IMG/VR virus record: IMGVR_UViG_3300043102_000037
Coordinates: 1 to 64,000 of that record
Reading direction: 5' to 3' (one strand)
Length of the DNA: 64,000 nt
Source: a virus
Lineage: Duplodnaviria; Caudoviricetes
Shown: positions 38,172 to 47,737 of the stretch, piece after piece
Numbering within the stretch: the stretch's first letter is position 1
Layout: each line of letters starts with the position of its first letter
Program-made: the position numbers and the translations under genes
Notes under the pieces: generated by a model
The model's input: the letters and a program-made list of their open reading frames with translations, nothing else
Databases searched by the model: none
Told to the model about the DNA's origin: nothing

Positions 38172-38598
38172 CTTTTACTATAGAACGCAACTTCTATAAC
38201 GCTATTTCGCTCGCGCTAATAGCCACTCTCTTTCGAGACGTGCAAAGACTATTTCTTCACCCTCACCATTACGAGTTAGGGGCAAACCGCTTCCACTACC
38301 ATAAGCTTGTAGTGTACTCCATCTCTGGATAGTCGTTGAAGTTTCTCCGTGCCTTGCGGTTTAGGAGTTTACCTGCATGAACAACCATTGTTATCGGTTA
38401 TTTAGGATTTAACCTTGTAACCATCCTTACGTTGTTTCTACTTTCGTACCATCGTAGCGTGATTTCTCCACTACTGTGGTGTAAGGCTTTAGGTATTACC
38501 TGCAATTCAATTTGTGTGCTACGCTCGTTTCCGAACGTACCCAGCCGAAAACTCTATAATTTTATGGTTTTATTATAGTTAACTATAAAGTTTTCAAT
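38172..38598 (-). ncRNA. group I intron ribozyme core
   Basis: P AAUUGCAGGUAA (38507-38496), Q UUCAUGCAG (38381-38373), R UUCAACGACUA (38340-38330), S AAGAAAUAGUCU (38257-38246). P7 GACUA/UAGUC, P3 CAAAUUG/CGGUUUG, P1 CAGU/GCUG with terminal U.G. Confidence 0.9.
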
Positions 38599-39428
38599 AC
38601 TGTATTTACGCATAATAAAGAATCATGGTCGTCATGGTCGCTTTCTTTTAAATAGTGTACGTCATTAGTAGCTATTGTTTTTATGTCGTGCTTTTTAGAC
38701 ATTTTCATATAAAATAAATTAGTTGCATATTGCCTGTCTAAACATAACGGCTGAATTTCTAAATAGAACCTGTCGCCAAACACTTCTTTAAAAGCGAGAA
38801 TTGCTTTTTCAGCTTCATCTTTTTTATTGTCGGCTATCAAATGTGAAAAATAACTGCCTATACAAGCCGCTGTACATATAATGCCTTCACTATACTTTTT
38901 AATCATTTCTAAATCGCATACAAATCTGCCGTTATATAAGCATTTTAAAGCGGCTTCACTTTGAAGTTTAACGAGATTATTCCAACCAGTTTGATTAATA
39001 GCCAGAAATAAAATGTGATATTGCGTCATGCAATATTCATAAGGTTCTATTTCTTTTTTATATTTCTTGTATATATCTTTAAATGATTTATTATCCGTTA
39101 TCTCTGGCAGATTTAAGTCAAGATTAAGGCTGTCATTACGATAGTCATTATAAGCTATTTTATGGCGTTCTTCCGCCGATAGTGCCATAATATTAGTGTC
39201 TGGAGTATAATACATCTCTACGCCGAGTATAGGCTTAATATCATTTAATTTGCATTGTGTTTGGAAAGCATATGTGCCGCCCAAATGATTGTGGTCTGTT
39301 ATCGCAATAGCTTTCATATTAAATTCTTTCGCCCTGTTTATAAGTTCATCTAAACGGCAAGCACCGTCCAATAAAGAATATATGGTATGTACATGAAGAT
39401 GTACAAAATTCTTTTCTTCTTTTGACAT
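38599..39428 (-). CDS. dnaE: DnaE polymerase copy 2, 5' exon (PHP domain)
   Basis: HLHVH, AITDH, HILFLA, NDVHY...HDSLLCVNT; the track ORF runs only a few codons into the element. Confidence 0.9.
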
Positions 39429-39450
39429 TATTCAAAACCTGCCTTTCTTT

Positions 39451-41214
39451 TTATTGATTTGCCATGTTCATATCAAGTATTTTTAAAGTAGGCGATTCGC
39501 CGTCTTTTTCTAAGAAACTCTGTTCTACATTATAGTATATGTCTACAATGCTGTCTTTCTTTAAATTATAAGTGGTGATATAGTCTATAAAATTCTTAAA
39601 CCAGATTTTTATATGGCTGCCATCTTCGGCGGAAAAGGTTACCCAATAATTTGCTATATTCTTTTTCGTTGCTGAAAAATCAGTTATTTTGCATTTTGAA
39701 CGGAATACAGTGTTAATATCTTTTGAATTAGGAACGAGCGTCCTTAAAAGAAATAAGACATGGCTTAAATAAGTAAATGAACTAATCGTACAAACATATT
39801 CATTTGCTATTTCTTCGCCTACCGTTACACTTTCTAATGCTTCACGATATTTAGCTGATAAATAGACTAAGAGCGATTGTAAATCATTTTGTTTAATATT
39901 TAAGGCGCAGGCTTGTGAATGACCTGCTACGCCTATTTCTTTCTGCGTATTATAAGCAAATTCAAGCATATTATTTCTTATATCGAATATGGCTAAACTT
40001 CTGCATGAGCCAGACAATATGCCGTCATAATTGCTGTATACTATCGCAGGAGTGCTAAAGTGTTCCAATAGCTTATTAGCTATTAAGCCATGCAAACCTT
40101 TTGGATATTGCGTAGCGTCAAAGGCTGCTACTAGAAGGTTTTCGTTATTATTCATTTGCTTTTCTATATCTTTAATAGCTATTTCAGCTACTTTATTAGT
40201 CATAGACTTTCTATATTCGTTGCATTTATCTAAGAATAATATGCCTTTTTCTATATCTAATCTTTCTTTGAGATAAAAGCAAGCTGCGGCTTTACCGCAA
40301 TAGCCTAACCTGCCTGCCGCATTTAATAACGGAGCAATAGTAAACGCTATATCAGAATAATAAATACTTCTATTCGATTTCTTATATTGCTTTAGCAGCC
40401 GTAAAAACTGATTATCTAATTTGCTGTATTTCTTATTATTGTTAAGCGTACTTAAACCCATTAAGATATAAGCAATATTTTCTTCAATACCGTATATAGG
40501 CATCATGTCGGCAATAGTGCCTAACATTAGAGCTATTATTATGCCGTTCATTTCTAAATAATCATTTATCTTAGCTTCTTTTAATAAAGCCGTGCCTACA
40601 TGGTATGCTACCCCTACTCCTGCTAAATAAGACCTTTCTAAGTCATTGTAGCATGGGTTACATATATAAGGCGTATTTAATTTCTGTGATAAGTCAGGTT
40701 CGTGGTGGTCGGTTATTACCACATCTATATTATGCTTTGCTAAATAATCGACTTCCTCATACTGGGTTATTCCGTTGTCAGTAGTTATAACAAGACCGCA
40801 TTTATTTTCAGCCATCTTTTTACAAAAATCCATATTCAAGCCATATCCGTCTTTTCGCTCTGGATAATGAATCATCAGCTTTGAATTAGACTTATATTTT
40901 TCAATAACCGTCTGCACTGCTTTGTACATTACATAGCCAGATGTAAGTCCGTCTACGTCATAGTCGCTGAATATCGCTATATTGCTGCCATTCTGTATAT
41001 GTTCAAGAATATGCTTGCCGCAATATTCAGCGTTGTTTATGAACTTAAACTTAGTCCTCATATAATCAAATGGATATTTAGCAAGCATCTTTACCGTATC
41101 TGGCGATATTCCAGTATTATAAGCTAAACAAGCTGCGAAAGCGTCATTGTTTAAGGCGGTATAATACTCTCGTAATTTGCCTTTATCAAATTCCTGTTGT
41201 TGCCACATATTCAA
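39451..41214 (-). CDS. recJ: RecJ-like DHH ssDNA exonuclease
   Basis: SDYDVDG, TTDNG, TDHH, GTIADMMP, NAAGRLG, GSCRS, GHSQA. Confidence 0.9.
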   Translation of the reverse strand: MNMWQQQEFDKGKLREYYTALNNDAFAACLAYNTGISPDTVKMLAKYPFDYMRTKFKFINNAEYCGKHILEHIQNGSNIAIFSDYDVDGLTSGYVMYKAVQTVIEKYKSNSKLMIHYPERKDGYGLNMDFCKKMAENKCGLVITTDNGITQYEEVDYLAKHNIDVVITDHHEPDLSQKLNTPYICNPCYNDLERSYLAGVGVAYHVGTALLKEAKINDYLEMNGIIIALMLGTIADMMPIYGIEENIAYILMGLSTLNNNKKYSKLDNQFLRLLKQYKKSNRSIYYSDIAFTIAPLLNAAGRLGYCGKAAACFYLKERLDIEKGILFLDKCNEYRKSMTNKVAEIAIKDIEKQMNNNENLLVAAFDATQYPKGLHGLIANKLLEHFSTPAIVYSNYDGILSGSCRSLAIFDIRNNMLEFAYNTQKEIGVAGHSQACALNIKQNDLQSLLVYLSAKYREALESVTVGEEIANEYVCTISSFTYLSHVLFLLRTLVPNSKDINTVFRSKCKITDFSATKKNIANYWVTFSAEDGSHIKIWFKNFIDYITTYNLKKDSIVDIYYNVEQSFLEKDGESPTLKILDMNMANQ

Positions 41215-41377
41215 TTTCCCCCTAAAACTTAATATGATACCATTTTAGTTTAAAAAAGTCAAAAAGTCAAATACAGAATATCTATCGTTAGAAAAATTTT
41301 GATTATACCTAGCTATCAAAAACAAAAAATCCACTCGATTTTTTATTCTATCGAATGGATTTCACTGACAGGTCTAT

Positions 41378-42436
41378 TTAATTTATGCCAATAGCTTTTT
41401 TGCCGCTTCTTCTATTACGTTTAATCGTTGATACGTCAATGCCTTTTTTGGCAGCTAATTTTTCTAAGCATTTTCTTCTTTTGGTGTTTACCGTATTGAT
41501 GTGCATACCTATTGATTCAGCAATTTGCGAATCATTCCAACCTGCAAGATAATACTTAGATAAAATATTTCTTTCCTCTGGCGTAAACATTGAAAAAATA
41601 TCAGAGCAGGTATCGCCTTTTACCCAACTTAAATCGGGTACGCCATTTTCATCTTCATATACTTCATCTTCGTAAACGGTGTCATATGTAGCATTGGATA
41701 AAGCAAATTCTTCATAAGGCATTTTCTTATAATGAAAATTCAGTATTTCCTTTTGATACGGCTTTACTATCTTTCTAGCTACCGTATAATTAAAAGAATG
41801 ATATAAGAACGTGCAGAAGTTTTTGCCTACGTTATTATACCTTTGAGCGAGATATAATACCATTTCGCTTAAATCTGCTTCGATATTTTCTTTATCCTGC
41901 TTGCCGTATCCTTCGCATATGAAGTTGAATTTGGCGGTTATTTGGTCTTTTATGTCTTTGCTAATATTCTTATTCCATAAGCATTTTTTTATAAATGACG
42001 ATTCAAGGAATAAGCTAACGAAGATTTTTTGCTCTTGGTCGTTGAAATTAATTTGACCTGTTTTAAAGAGCGATATATATTTCTTAATCATCGGCTTAAA
42101 ACTCATTACGAGTTTTAACGCCGCTTTGTTTGCGTTCTCTTTTATTTCTTTTGATGCGTTTTCATTAAAGCCATCACAAACTCTTTTGCCCGTACTTTCT
42201 TTAATCGAATACTTAAATTGCTTTTGGTATTCCATTACCGCATCGTCTATTTCCTGCCAACTTCTTTTATCTTCGGCTAAGTCATTTAATTGACCGAAGT
42301 AATCTGCGTATACTGTGTAAGCGGAAAAGCCAAAATCCTCATCATCTTCTGGAATGATGGCATCTCCGCTTTGTGTTGGCAGTTCACGATTTTTTTTGTT
42401 TTTACTTCTCTTTTTAGGTTCTTTGTCTTTACTCAT
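41378..42436 (-). CDS. sigma70-family RNA polymerase sigma-factor-like protein
   Basis: C-terminal region-4 HTH (TPEERNIL..YY..GWNDSQIAE.IGMH.NTV...R); region-2-like middle part. Confidence 0.65.
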   Translation of the reverse strand: MSKDKEPKKRSKNKKNRELPTQSGDAIIPEDDEDFGFSAYTVYADYFGQLNDLAEDKRSWQEIDDAVMEYQKQFKYSIKESTGKRVCDGFNENASKEIKENANKAALKLVMSFKPMIKKYISLFKTGQINFNDQEQKIFVSLFLESSFIKKCLWNKNISKDIKDQITAKFNFICEGYGKQDKENIEADLSEMVLYLAQRYNNVGKNFCTFLYHSFNYTVARKIVKPYQKEILNFHYKKMPYEEFALSNATYDTVYEDEVYEDENGVPDLSWVKGDTCSDIFSMFTPEERNILSKYYLAGWNDSQIAESIGMHINTVNTKRRKCLEKLAAKKGIDVSTIKRNRRSGKKAIGIN

Positions 42437-42483
42437 GTTCTATTCTTGTCAAACTTTGAAGTATTTATTTTTCTCTTATTTCT

Positions 42484-43059
42484 CTATTTATTTACTTTCT
42501 TTTTACTTTGTTTCTTTAGCTTTGCGTACTCATTAGAAGTACACCATTTTTTATCTTTAGCTATATATTTATAGCAGACAAGGTTAAGGTTTGGATAGAC
42601 GTATTCAAATAGCTTTTTCTTTATTTTGAATACGTCTGTTTCTATTCCCTTAACGTCTATAACGTCTGTCTTGCCGTCTATGCCATGGACGACAAAATCA
42701 GCGAAATACGATATTTTTCGTATAGTCTGATTATTTTTTTTAAAAGCAGGTTGAAGAACGAACTCTTTTTGCAATTCAAACGACTTAATTTTCTTGGCTT
42801 TCGCACTTTTAAGAAGTAATATGTAGAATCTGCTCTCTATGATAGAGTCAAATAATATGTCGTCAATATATACCTTTTTATTGCCTAATTTACTGGTATG
42901 CTCGTCTTTTGAACTCGGAAGTAAAAAAGATTTAATTAAACCGTTTTTTTGGTATTCTTCTAATTCCAAAGAATAATCTTTTAATGATTTACTGGAGTAT
43001 TTACTTGTCTTTGCTGCTGATGAAGATGCAGCCGTTTTCTTCCTGCTTTTAAATGGCAT
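42484..43059 (-). CDS. DUF1064-like PD-(D/E)XK endonuclease
   Basis: FDS..E..FY, ELQ..F.LQP.F, Y.ADF, DVKG..TDVFKIKKKLF. Confidence 0.8.
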   Translation of the reverse strand: MPFKSRKKTAASSSAAKTSKYSSKSLKDYSLELEEYQKNGLIKSFLLPSSKDEHTSKLGNKKVYIDDILFDSIIESRFYILLLKSAKAKKIKSFELQKEFVLQPAFKKNNQTIRKISYFADFVVHGIDGKTDVIDVKGIETDVFKIKKKLFEYVYPNLNLVCYKYIAKDKKWCTSNEYAKLKKQSKKKVNK

Positions 43060-43073
43060 TTAAATCACCGTTT

Positions 43074-43238
43074 TTACTTATTCGTTTTCGTTTTACAAGC
43101 CGATTTAGCTTTGGTCTTGCAAGCGGATTTAGTCGATTTTGTTTTACAAGCCGACTTAGATTTTGTCTTGCAAGCAGATTTAATATTGCTGCTCATACTT
43201 GTTGGCATCGTTGCTTCTTTAACTTTGTTAATAATCAT
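43074..43238 (-). CDS. 54-aa peptide with four KSACKTK repeats (SCIFF/ranthipeptide-like); not in the ORF track
   Basis: MIINKVKEATMPTSMSSNIKSACKTKSKSACKTKSTKSACKTKAKSACKTKTNK*. RBS AAGGGTGG at 43254-43247. Repeats differ only at synonymous positions; co-oriented and tightly packed between operon genes. Confidence 0.85.
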   Translation of the reverse strand: MIINKVKEATMPTSMSSNIKSACKTKSKSACKTKSTKSACKTKAKSACKTKTNK

Positions 43239-43240
43239 CG

Positions 43241-43981
43241 CTATGACCACCCTTTACAATAATGTTTTGCCCTGCATGAACTGCAAAGCGGAGAACTTCG
43301 AGGATAAATAATGTTTTGTCTAATGCTTTTCACTACATTTTTTAGTATCTTATCTAATCTCTGATAGTCCATAGCGTTTCTTGTAGTGTAAAAATCTTTG
43401 TTATGCTTTACACTGTGCCATCGGCAGCCCAATATTCGTTTGCCGTATTTTTTCTCAAATACAGCGCAGTCAATAGTAACTTTTAAATCCAAGTCTATAT
43501 CAGCCTGTTCTCTTATTTTGCTGCTAAAATCCAATACAAGAAACTCTAAATTATCTTTCTCATTTACCATAATAGTATTCATTACGCCGCTAAGAGATAT
43601 TATATGATAATCGGCAGGATTTTTACTGCCGTTATTTATTTCATAGATATAAGGCATTTGTTCGCTTGCTATGCGAAGTTCTCTATTAGCCGCCCAATTA
43701 TACATGGCATTTAATAGCCCTAATCCTTCTATATTTCTCTTAGAGTTGATAATGTCTGTATTCGCCTTGCTAATCATATCCCATTTGCGTTTAACATCAT
43801 ACATGGGCATTATTTTGTTATTCATTAGCTGCAAGAAGAATCCAGACGCTACTTTACTAAGCAATTTATTAAAACTTTGCGTTTCGCTTACCGTAAAATC
43901 ATTTGCGTATCTAAAATAGTAATATACGGGGCATTTCATATAATCAATAAGCTGCTTTTCAGTTATCTTTGAGGTAATCAT
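43241..43981 (-). CDS. PD-(D/E)XK (RecB/Cas4-like) nuclease-fold protein
   Basis: N-terminal Y..CP and C-terminal PR...C..C..K..C cysteine cluster. Confidence 0.6.
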   Translation of the reverse strand: MITSKITEKQLIDYMKCPVYYYFRYANDFTVSETQSFNKLLSKVASGFFLQLMNNKIMPMYDVKRKWDMISKANTDIINSKRNIEGLGLLNAMYNWAANRELRIASEQMPYIYEINNGSKNPADYHIISLSGVMNTIMVNEKDNLEFLVLDFSSKIREQADIDLDLKVTIDCAVFEKKYGKRILGCRWHSVKHNKDFYTTRNAMDYQRLDKILKNVVKSIRQNIIYPRSSPLCSSCRAKHYCKGWS

Positions 43982-43995
43982 TTTTTATTTATATA

Positions 43996-44631
43996 TTAAT
44001 TGCTTACCTGCGGCTCTACGCTAAGTTCCATATCCAAATCATCTGGATATACATGATATTTTTCAATATCGTTATGAAGCAGGTACTCATGGTAATACCA
44101 CCATAATACTTCTGCTAGAATCTGCGTAGGCTGCCCCTGTACAGGTCTGCAACGCTGAATTGGAGTATCTTCGCCTAATTGTGCTTCAACTATTTCAAAG
44201 ACGTAATCAAAAGCAAGCGGAGGTGTATATTCGTTAATATGTTTCTGTACTATTTCGTTCAGCTTAAATCTTGCGGCAAATATTCTTTCGCAGACAAGCG
44301 ACTTTTCCATATTACATTCATTTTCTTCCAACAGCAAATAAGTAATTCTGTCGAAAAAAACATTGTGAATCATGCAGGCTGTAATAGCCATATCGCATTG
44401 TTTGTTATTGATTTGGTCGCTGATAAGTTTAAGGCTTTTAAGCCTGTCTATCATTTCTAACGTAGCCCCAATAGCGTGCATTGCTTTTGTATCTGTTGAC
44501 GTATAATATACAGAATGAACGTCTTTTATAAAACTAACAAATTCTTTATTGCCAATATGCGAAAAGATGTATTCGTAATCATCATCAGCAAATTGGTCTA
44601 TGGTAGTGTCAACTGATGTTTCTGACATCAA
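43996..44631 (-). CDS. HD-fold-like protein with degenerate motif
   Basis: H...V...D.AI.AC.IHN (HD replaced by HN). Confidence 0.4.
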   Translation of the reverse strand: MMSETSVDTTIDQFADDDYEYIFSHIGNKEFVSFIKDVHSVYYTSTDTKAMHAIGATLEMIDRLKSLKLISDQINNKQCDMAITACMIHNVFFDRITYLLLEENECNMEKSLVCERIFAARFKLNEIVQKHINEYTPPLAFDYVFEIVEAQLGEDTPIQRCRPVQGQPTQILAEVLWWYYHEYLLHNDIEKYHVYPDDLDMELSVEPQVSN

Positions 44632-44680
44632 AAAATCCTTCTCTCTTTTTTTTAAGTATTTTCTCGATTTTTGTCTATAT

Positions 44681-45028
44681 TCAATTATTGTACGTCTGAA
44701 CGGCTTCGCATACGTCCGCTAAATATTCAACAAAGTCATTAGCGCGTACTATACTATTTTTATCCGAACTTTGTACAAACTCATTCTTCTTTTTTATTTT
44801 GTCTAAATCTATTGTTTCTCTTAATATCATTTTAGCTAAATTCTTTTCGTTATGCAGACTGTTTTCGCATACGTTGAATTTAGCATTTTCTTTATAACAT
44901 CTATCACATTTTATATAGCTTGAATCATAAGCACGGCAACCATAACACAATGGGCATTTTTGATAATTAGGACAATTATCTATCCAACCTTTTACATCGC
45001 GGTATGATTTAGGTTTATATCTTTGCAA
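44681..45028 (-). CDS. Cys-rich hypothetical protein
   Basis: CPNY..CP.C..C...C..C pattern. Confidence 0.55.
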   Translation of the reverse strand: MQRYKPKSYRDVKGWIDNCPNYQKCPLCYGCRAYDSSYIKCDRCYKENAKFNVCENSLHNEKNLAKMILRETIDLDKIKKKNEFVQSSDKNSIVRANDFVEYLADVCEAVQTYNN

Positions 45029-45099
45029 TTTATTTTCTAACCTTTTTGAATCCTAATTTTTGATTTTTTATACTTATATTTTAATAGCTTTATTGCTTT

Positions 45100-45444
45100 T
45101 TATTTGCGTTTGCTATCTTCTTTAAGCGTAAGCGTATTAACCGCTATTGTGTCCATATCTTCAACGGATTCCGCTGCCGTGCTGCTGCTAATATCAGAAC
45201 CGAATATTAAATCATGCTGCTTTTTAATGCAATCTGGACAAATAACAATATGCTTGTTATGCTGCATAGCGATGTCTACTACTTTTTTGCCTGTAAGGCT
45301 GCCGCTCAATGTCTGCTCGGCTTTCGGCTCAGTCATTTTTCCCTGTCTTACAAGCCTATTTTTACATATGATACAGATGTCGTAAGAATCTCCGTATCTT
45401 ACGTTTTCGCCTATTTTCATAGCGTCTTTAAAGTCAATTATCAA
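45100..45444 (-). CDS. hypothetical protein with two CxxC pairs
   Basis: CIIC...CPDC zinc-finger-like. Confidence 0.55.
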   Translation of the reverse strand: MIIDFKDAMKIGENVRYGDSYDICIICKNRLVRQGKMTEPKAEQTLSGSLTGKKVVDIAMQHNKHIVICPDCIKKQHDLIFGSDISSSTAAESVEDMDTIAVNTLTLKEDSKRK

Positions 45445-45468
45445 AACAAATCACCTATCTTTCTAAAA

Positions 45469-46656
45469 TCACAAACTATAAATTTTATTGTCGTATTCTT
45501 CGGTACGTTTTTTATCGCACTCAGTTACAAGAGAATAGTTAGGCACAAAATAATGATATGTTCTTTCTTTAAAAGAAGATGCCTTATTTTTAGCCCAGTG
45601 CATTTCTATTATAGGCATTTTACCTTCTACGTTAGGCATTTCATAAGAAAGGATTGCCCTTTGACCATTTCTGCTTACATCATTGTTTATTAAGAATATT
45701 GCTGTTGCGTCATATTCGTATTCGCCAGATTCTTTTAAATCAGATAACGAAACTTTTTTGCCGCCAGTATTCTTAATAGTATGATGGCTTGCAAAAACAG
45801 GGCAATCCAATACATCAAATGCCCAAGATTTAACTAACTGTGAAACGTAATCATTCTTCTCTTTAGTTGACTTAAATTTTACGGTGTCTGGTTTAATGTC
45901 TACAAGTGAATCTATGCAGACTAAAATATTATTTTCTTGGTCTAAACTTTTAACATACGCTTTAACCATTTGAGCGTGTTTTATCAGCTTTTCAGCGTAA
46001 GGCACTTCTTTTCTCTCAACGATAAGCATATGTTTAGCAAGTTCTTGTAACTCTCTTAATCCTTCTTCTCTAAGCATGAGCATTTCAGCACTTTTAGCAG
46101 AATCATCATCACAGCAGGCTACGCTTTCTTCATAGCGAATAGGTTTAGCTGATACAGAGATTGGTATACGTTTTCTCATCGAAAGAACGCGAGGGATAAC
46201 CTGCTGCTTTGAATCATCTAATGAATAGTAAACGAGAAACAGCTTGTTAGGTTCATGAATACATAGAGCGTGTGCAAGATTTAACATTAAGGCTGTTTTG
46301 CCGCTGTTAGGCGGTCCTGCGAATATATAAAATCCCGTGGATAGCCCCTCCATTTTTTCGCTGAATATTGGAAAGGCTGGACTTTCATATCCTTTGCCCG
46401 TTTCTCTTGCTTTTACGTCAAATTCGGCAAAATTGTCTTTAGATACTTGAATAAAGTCCTGCATACATACTTCGTATTTGTCTTTGGATTCCTGTAGTAC
46501 TTTATGGAGTAGTGTAGGCTGTTCTTCTGACTTATTTTCCGTATCAGAAATATCGTCTGGGTTGCTTTCCGTTATCTCTGGCGGCAATTCTATATCTAAA
46601 AAATTATCGTCAAATTCTATGTTGTTTCCTTCATCACCCATTTTGCCGTTCCTCAT
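45469..46656 (-). CDS. DnaB-like replicative helicase
   Basis: Walker A GPPNSGKT, YYSLDD, IDSL, LKESG..EYDA, KNK. Confidence 0.85.
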   Translation of the reverse strand: MRNGKMGDEGNNIEFDDNFLDIELPPEITESNPDDISDTENKSEEQPTLLHKVLQESKDKYEVCMQDFIQVSKDNFAEFDVKARETGKGYESPAFPIFSEKMEGLSTGFYIFAGPPNSGKTALMLNLAHALCIHEPNKLFLVYYSLDDSKQQVIPRVLSMRKRIPISVSAKPIRYEESVACCDDDSAKSAEMLMLREEGLRELQELAKHMLIVERKEVPYAEKLIKHAQMVKAYVKSLDQENNILVCIDSLVDIKPDTVKFKSTKEKNDYVSQLVKSWAFDVLDCPVFASHHTIKNTGGKKVSLSDLKESGEYEYDATAIFLINNDVSRNGQRAILSYEMPNVEGKMPIIEMHWAKNKASSFKERTYHYFVPNYSLVTECDKKRTEEYDNKIYSL

Positions 46657-46672
46657 TTCACTAAAATCATAA

Positions 46673-47737
46673 TTATTTAGCTATCGAGAGTGCAAAGCTG
46701 CACGATTCGCTATTGCATAATCCATATTCTTTATATGCTGCGCAACCGTACCGCTTGCCGTCCGAAAGCATTTTTACCGCACTTAATGCACACAACTCTA
46801 TTTCCTTCTCTGGCAGAGGTGGACTATTATTGTTATTCCACTCTTTTAAAATCTCTATGCTCTCTAATTTAGGATAACCTGCCTGCAATAAACTTGACGC
46901 TATTAATATAAGCGTATTATTACGGTTACCTTCCTGCACGGAAGTTTTAAGCAGCTTAATAGCGCAAGGCAAAAGCGGTCTTTTTTCGGAAGGAATGAAC
47001 ACAGGTTTCTTGTGTTCGTTTAACTTGCTCTCTTTATCAGCTTCTATCAAATGCAGAATATTTTCATACGCAGCTTTTGATTCTTCACGCTTATTTACCT
47101 TCTTTTTAATAACGCCTTGCGGCTTAGAAGAATATTCAAGCAAATCATTCCTTGAAAAAGAGTAAAATTGCTTTTCATTTATCTGCACTTTATAAAGACC
47201 TGTTTTAGAATTAATAGTATTAACCATTCTTATCAGGCGCACTCTGTCATAAATCTTAGTGTCTATATAATCATTAGTATCGCTTACTATTCTTTTAAAA
47301 TAAACGACTATGCTTTTATATATGTCATTTAGATTTTTAACGGGAGATATGCCGAATATTGTTGCAGGTATTATAAAGTGAAAGCCTTTGCTTCCAGAAA
47401 AATATATCTTTATTTCATTTTCCTGCAAAAGAAGTTTTACCTTCAATAAGCATAATAGCTTTTTCGCAGTGTCGTGTAATAAAGCGTACCCTTCATTGGT
47501 AGATAAATCGCCGTCAATGTCGAAATATAAATCAGAGTAGAGATTAGCAGTTTTACGATTATCGTTATTGTCAAAGCTATAAGTACATACATAAACGTCC
47601 GTATTATTGCACTCGGCTTTTAACCTGCTGACTTTTTTAATGTAGTCGCTTTGGGCTGCATTACATATAATATTTCTTCTAAAAATATCATTTTTAAGCC
47701 TGCCGCCGAGTTCTATAAACCAAGAGTTATTTGGCAT
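46673..47737 (-). CDS. archaeo-eukaryotic primase (Prim-Pol) with PriCT-1-like domain
   Basis: LYFDID, YFSGSKGFH, R..RM, EGNRNNTL...PPL...E. Confidence 0.85.
   Translation of the reverse strand: MPNNSWFIELGGRLKNDIFRRNIICNAAQSDYIKKVSRLKAECNNTDVYVCTYSFDNNDNRKTANLYSDLYFDIDGDLSTNEGYALLHDTAKKLLCLLKVKLLLQENEIKIYFSGSKGFHFIIPATIFGISPVKNLNDIYKSIVVYFKRIVSDTNDYIDTKIYDRVRLIRMVNTINSKTGLYKVQINEKQFYSFSRNDLLEYSSKPQGVIKKKVNKREESKAAYENILHLIEADKESKLNEHKKPVFIPSEKRPLLPCAIKLLKTSVQEGNRNNTLILIASSLLQAGYPKLESIEILKEWNNNNSPPLPEKEIELCALSAVKMLSDGKRYGCAAYKEYGLCNSESCSFALSIAK

Larger units (their letters stand above)
36150..38599 (-). mobile_element. IS607-type IStron (group I intron + tnpA + tnpB) inserted in dnaE
   Basis: CAG at both junctions (38602-38600 and 36152-36150). 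Removal restores the dnaE frame. Contains a group I core, a serine-recombinase TnpA and a TnpB. Confidence 0.88.

Noticed and set aside
43053-43311. Track ORFs 43053..43262 (+) and 43111..43311 (+) with visible repeats
   Set aside because: They are antisense shadows. The repeat is conserved at amino-acid level only in the minus-strand frame (KSACKTK), which also has the RBS and operon orientation.
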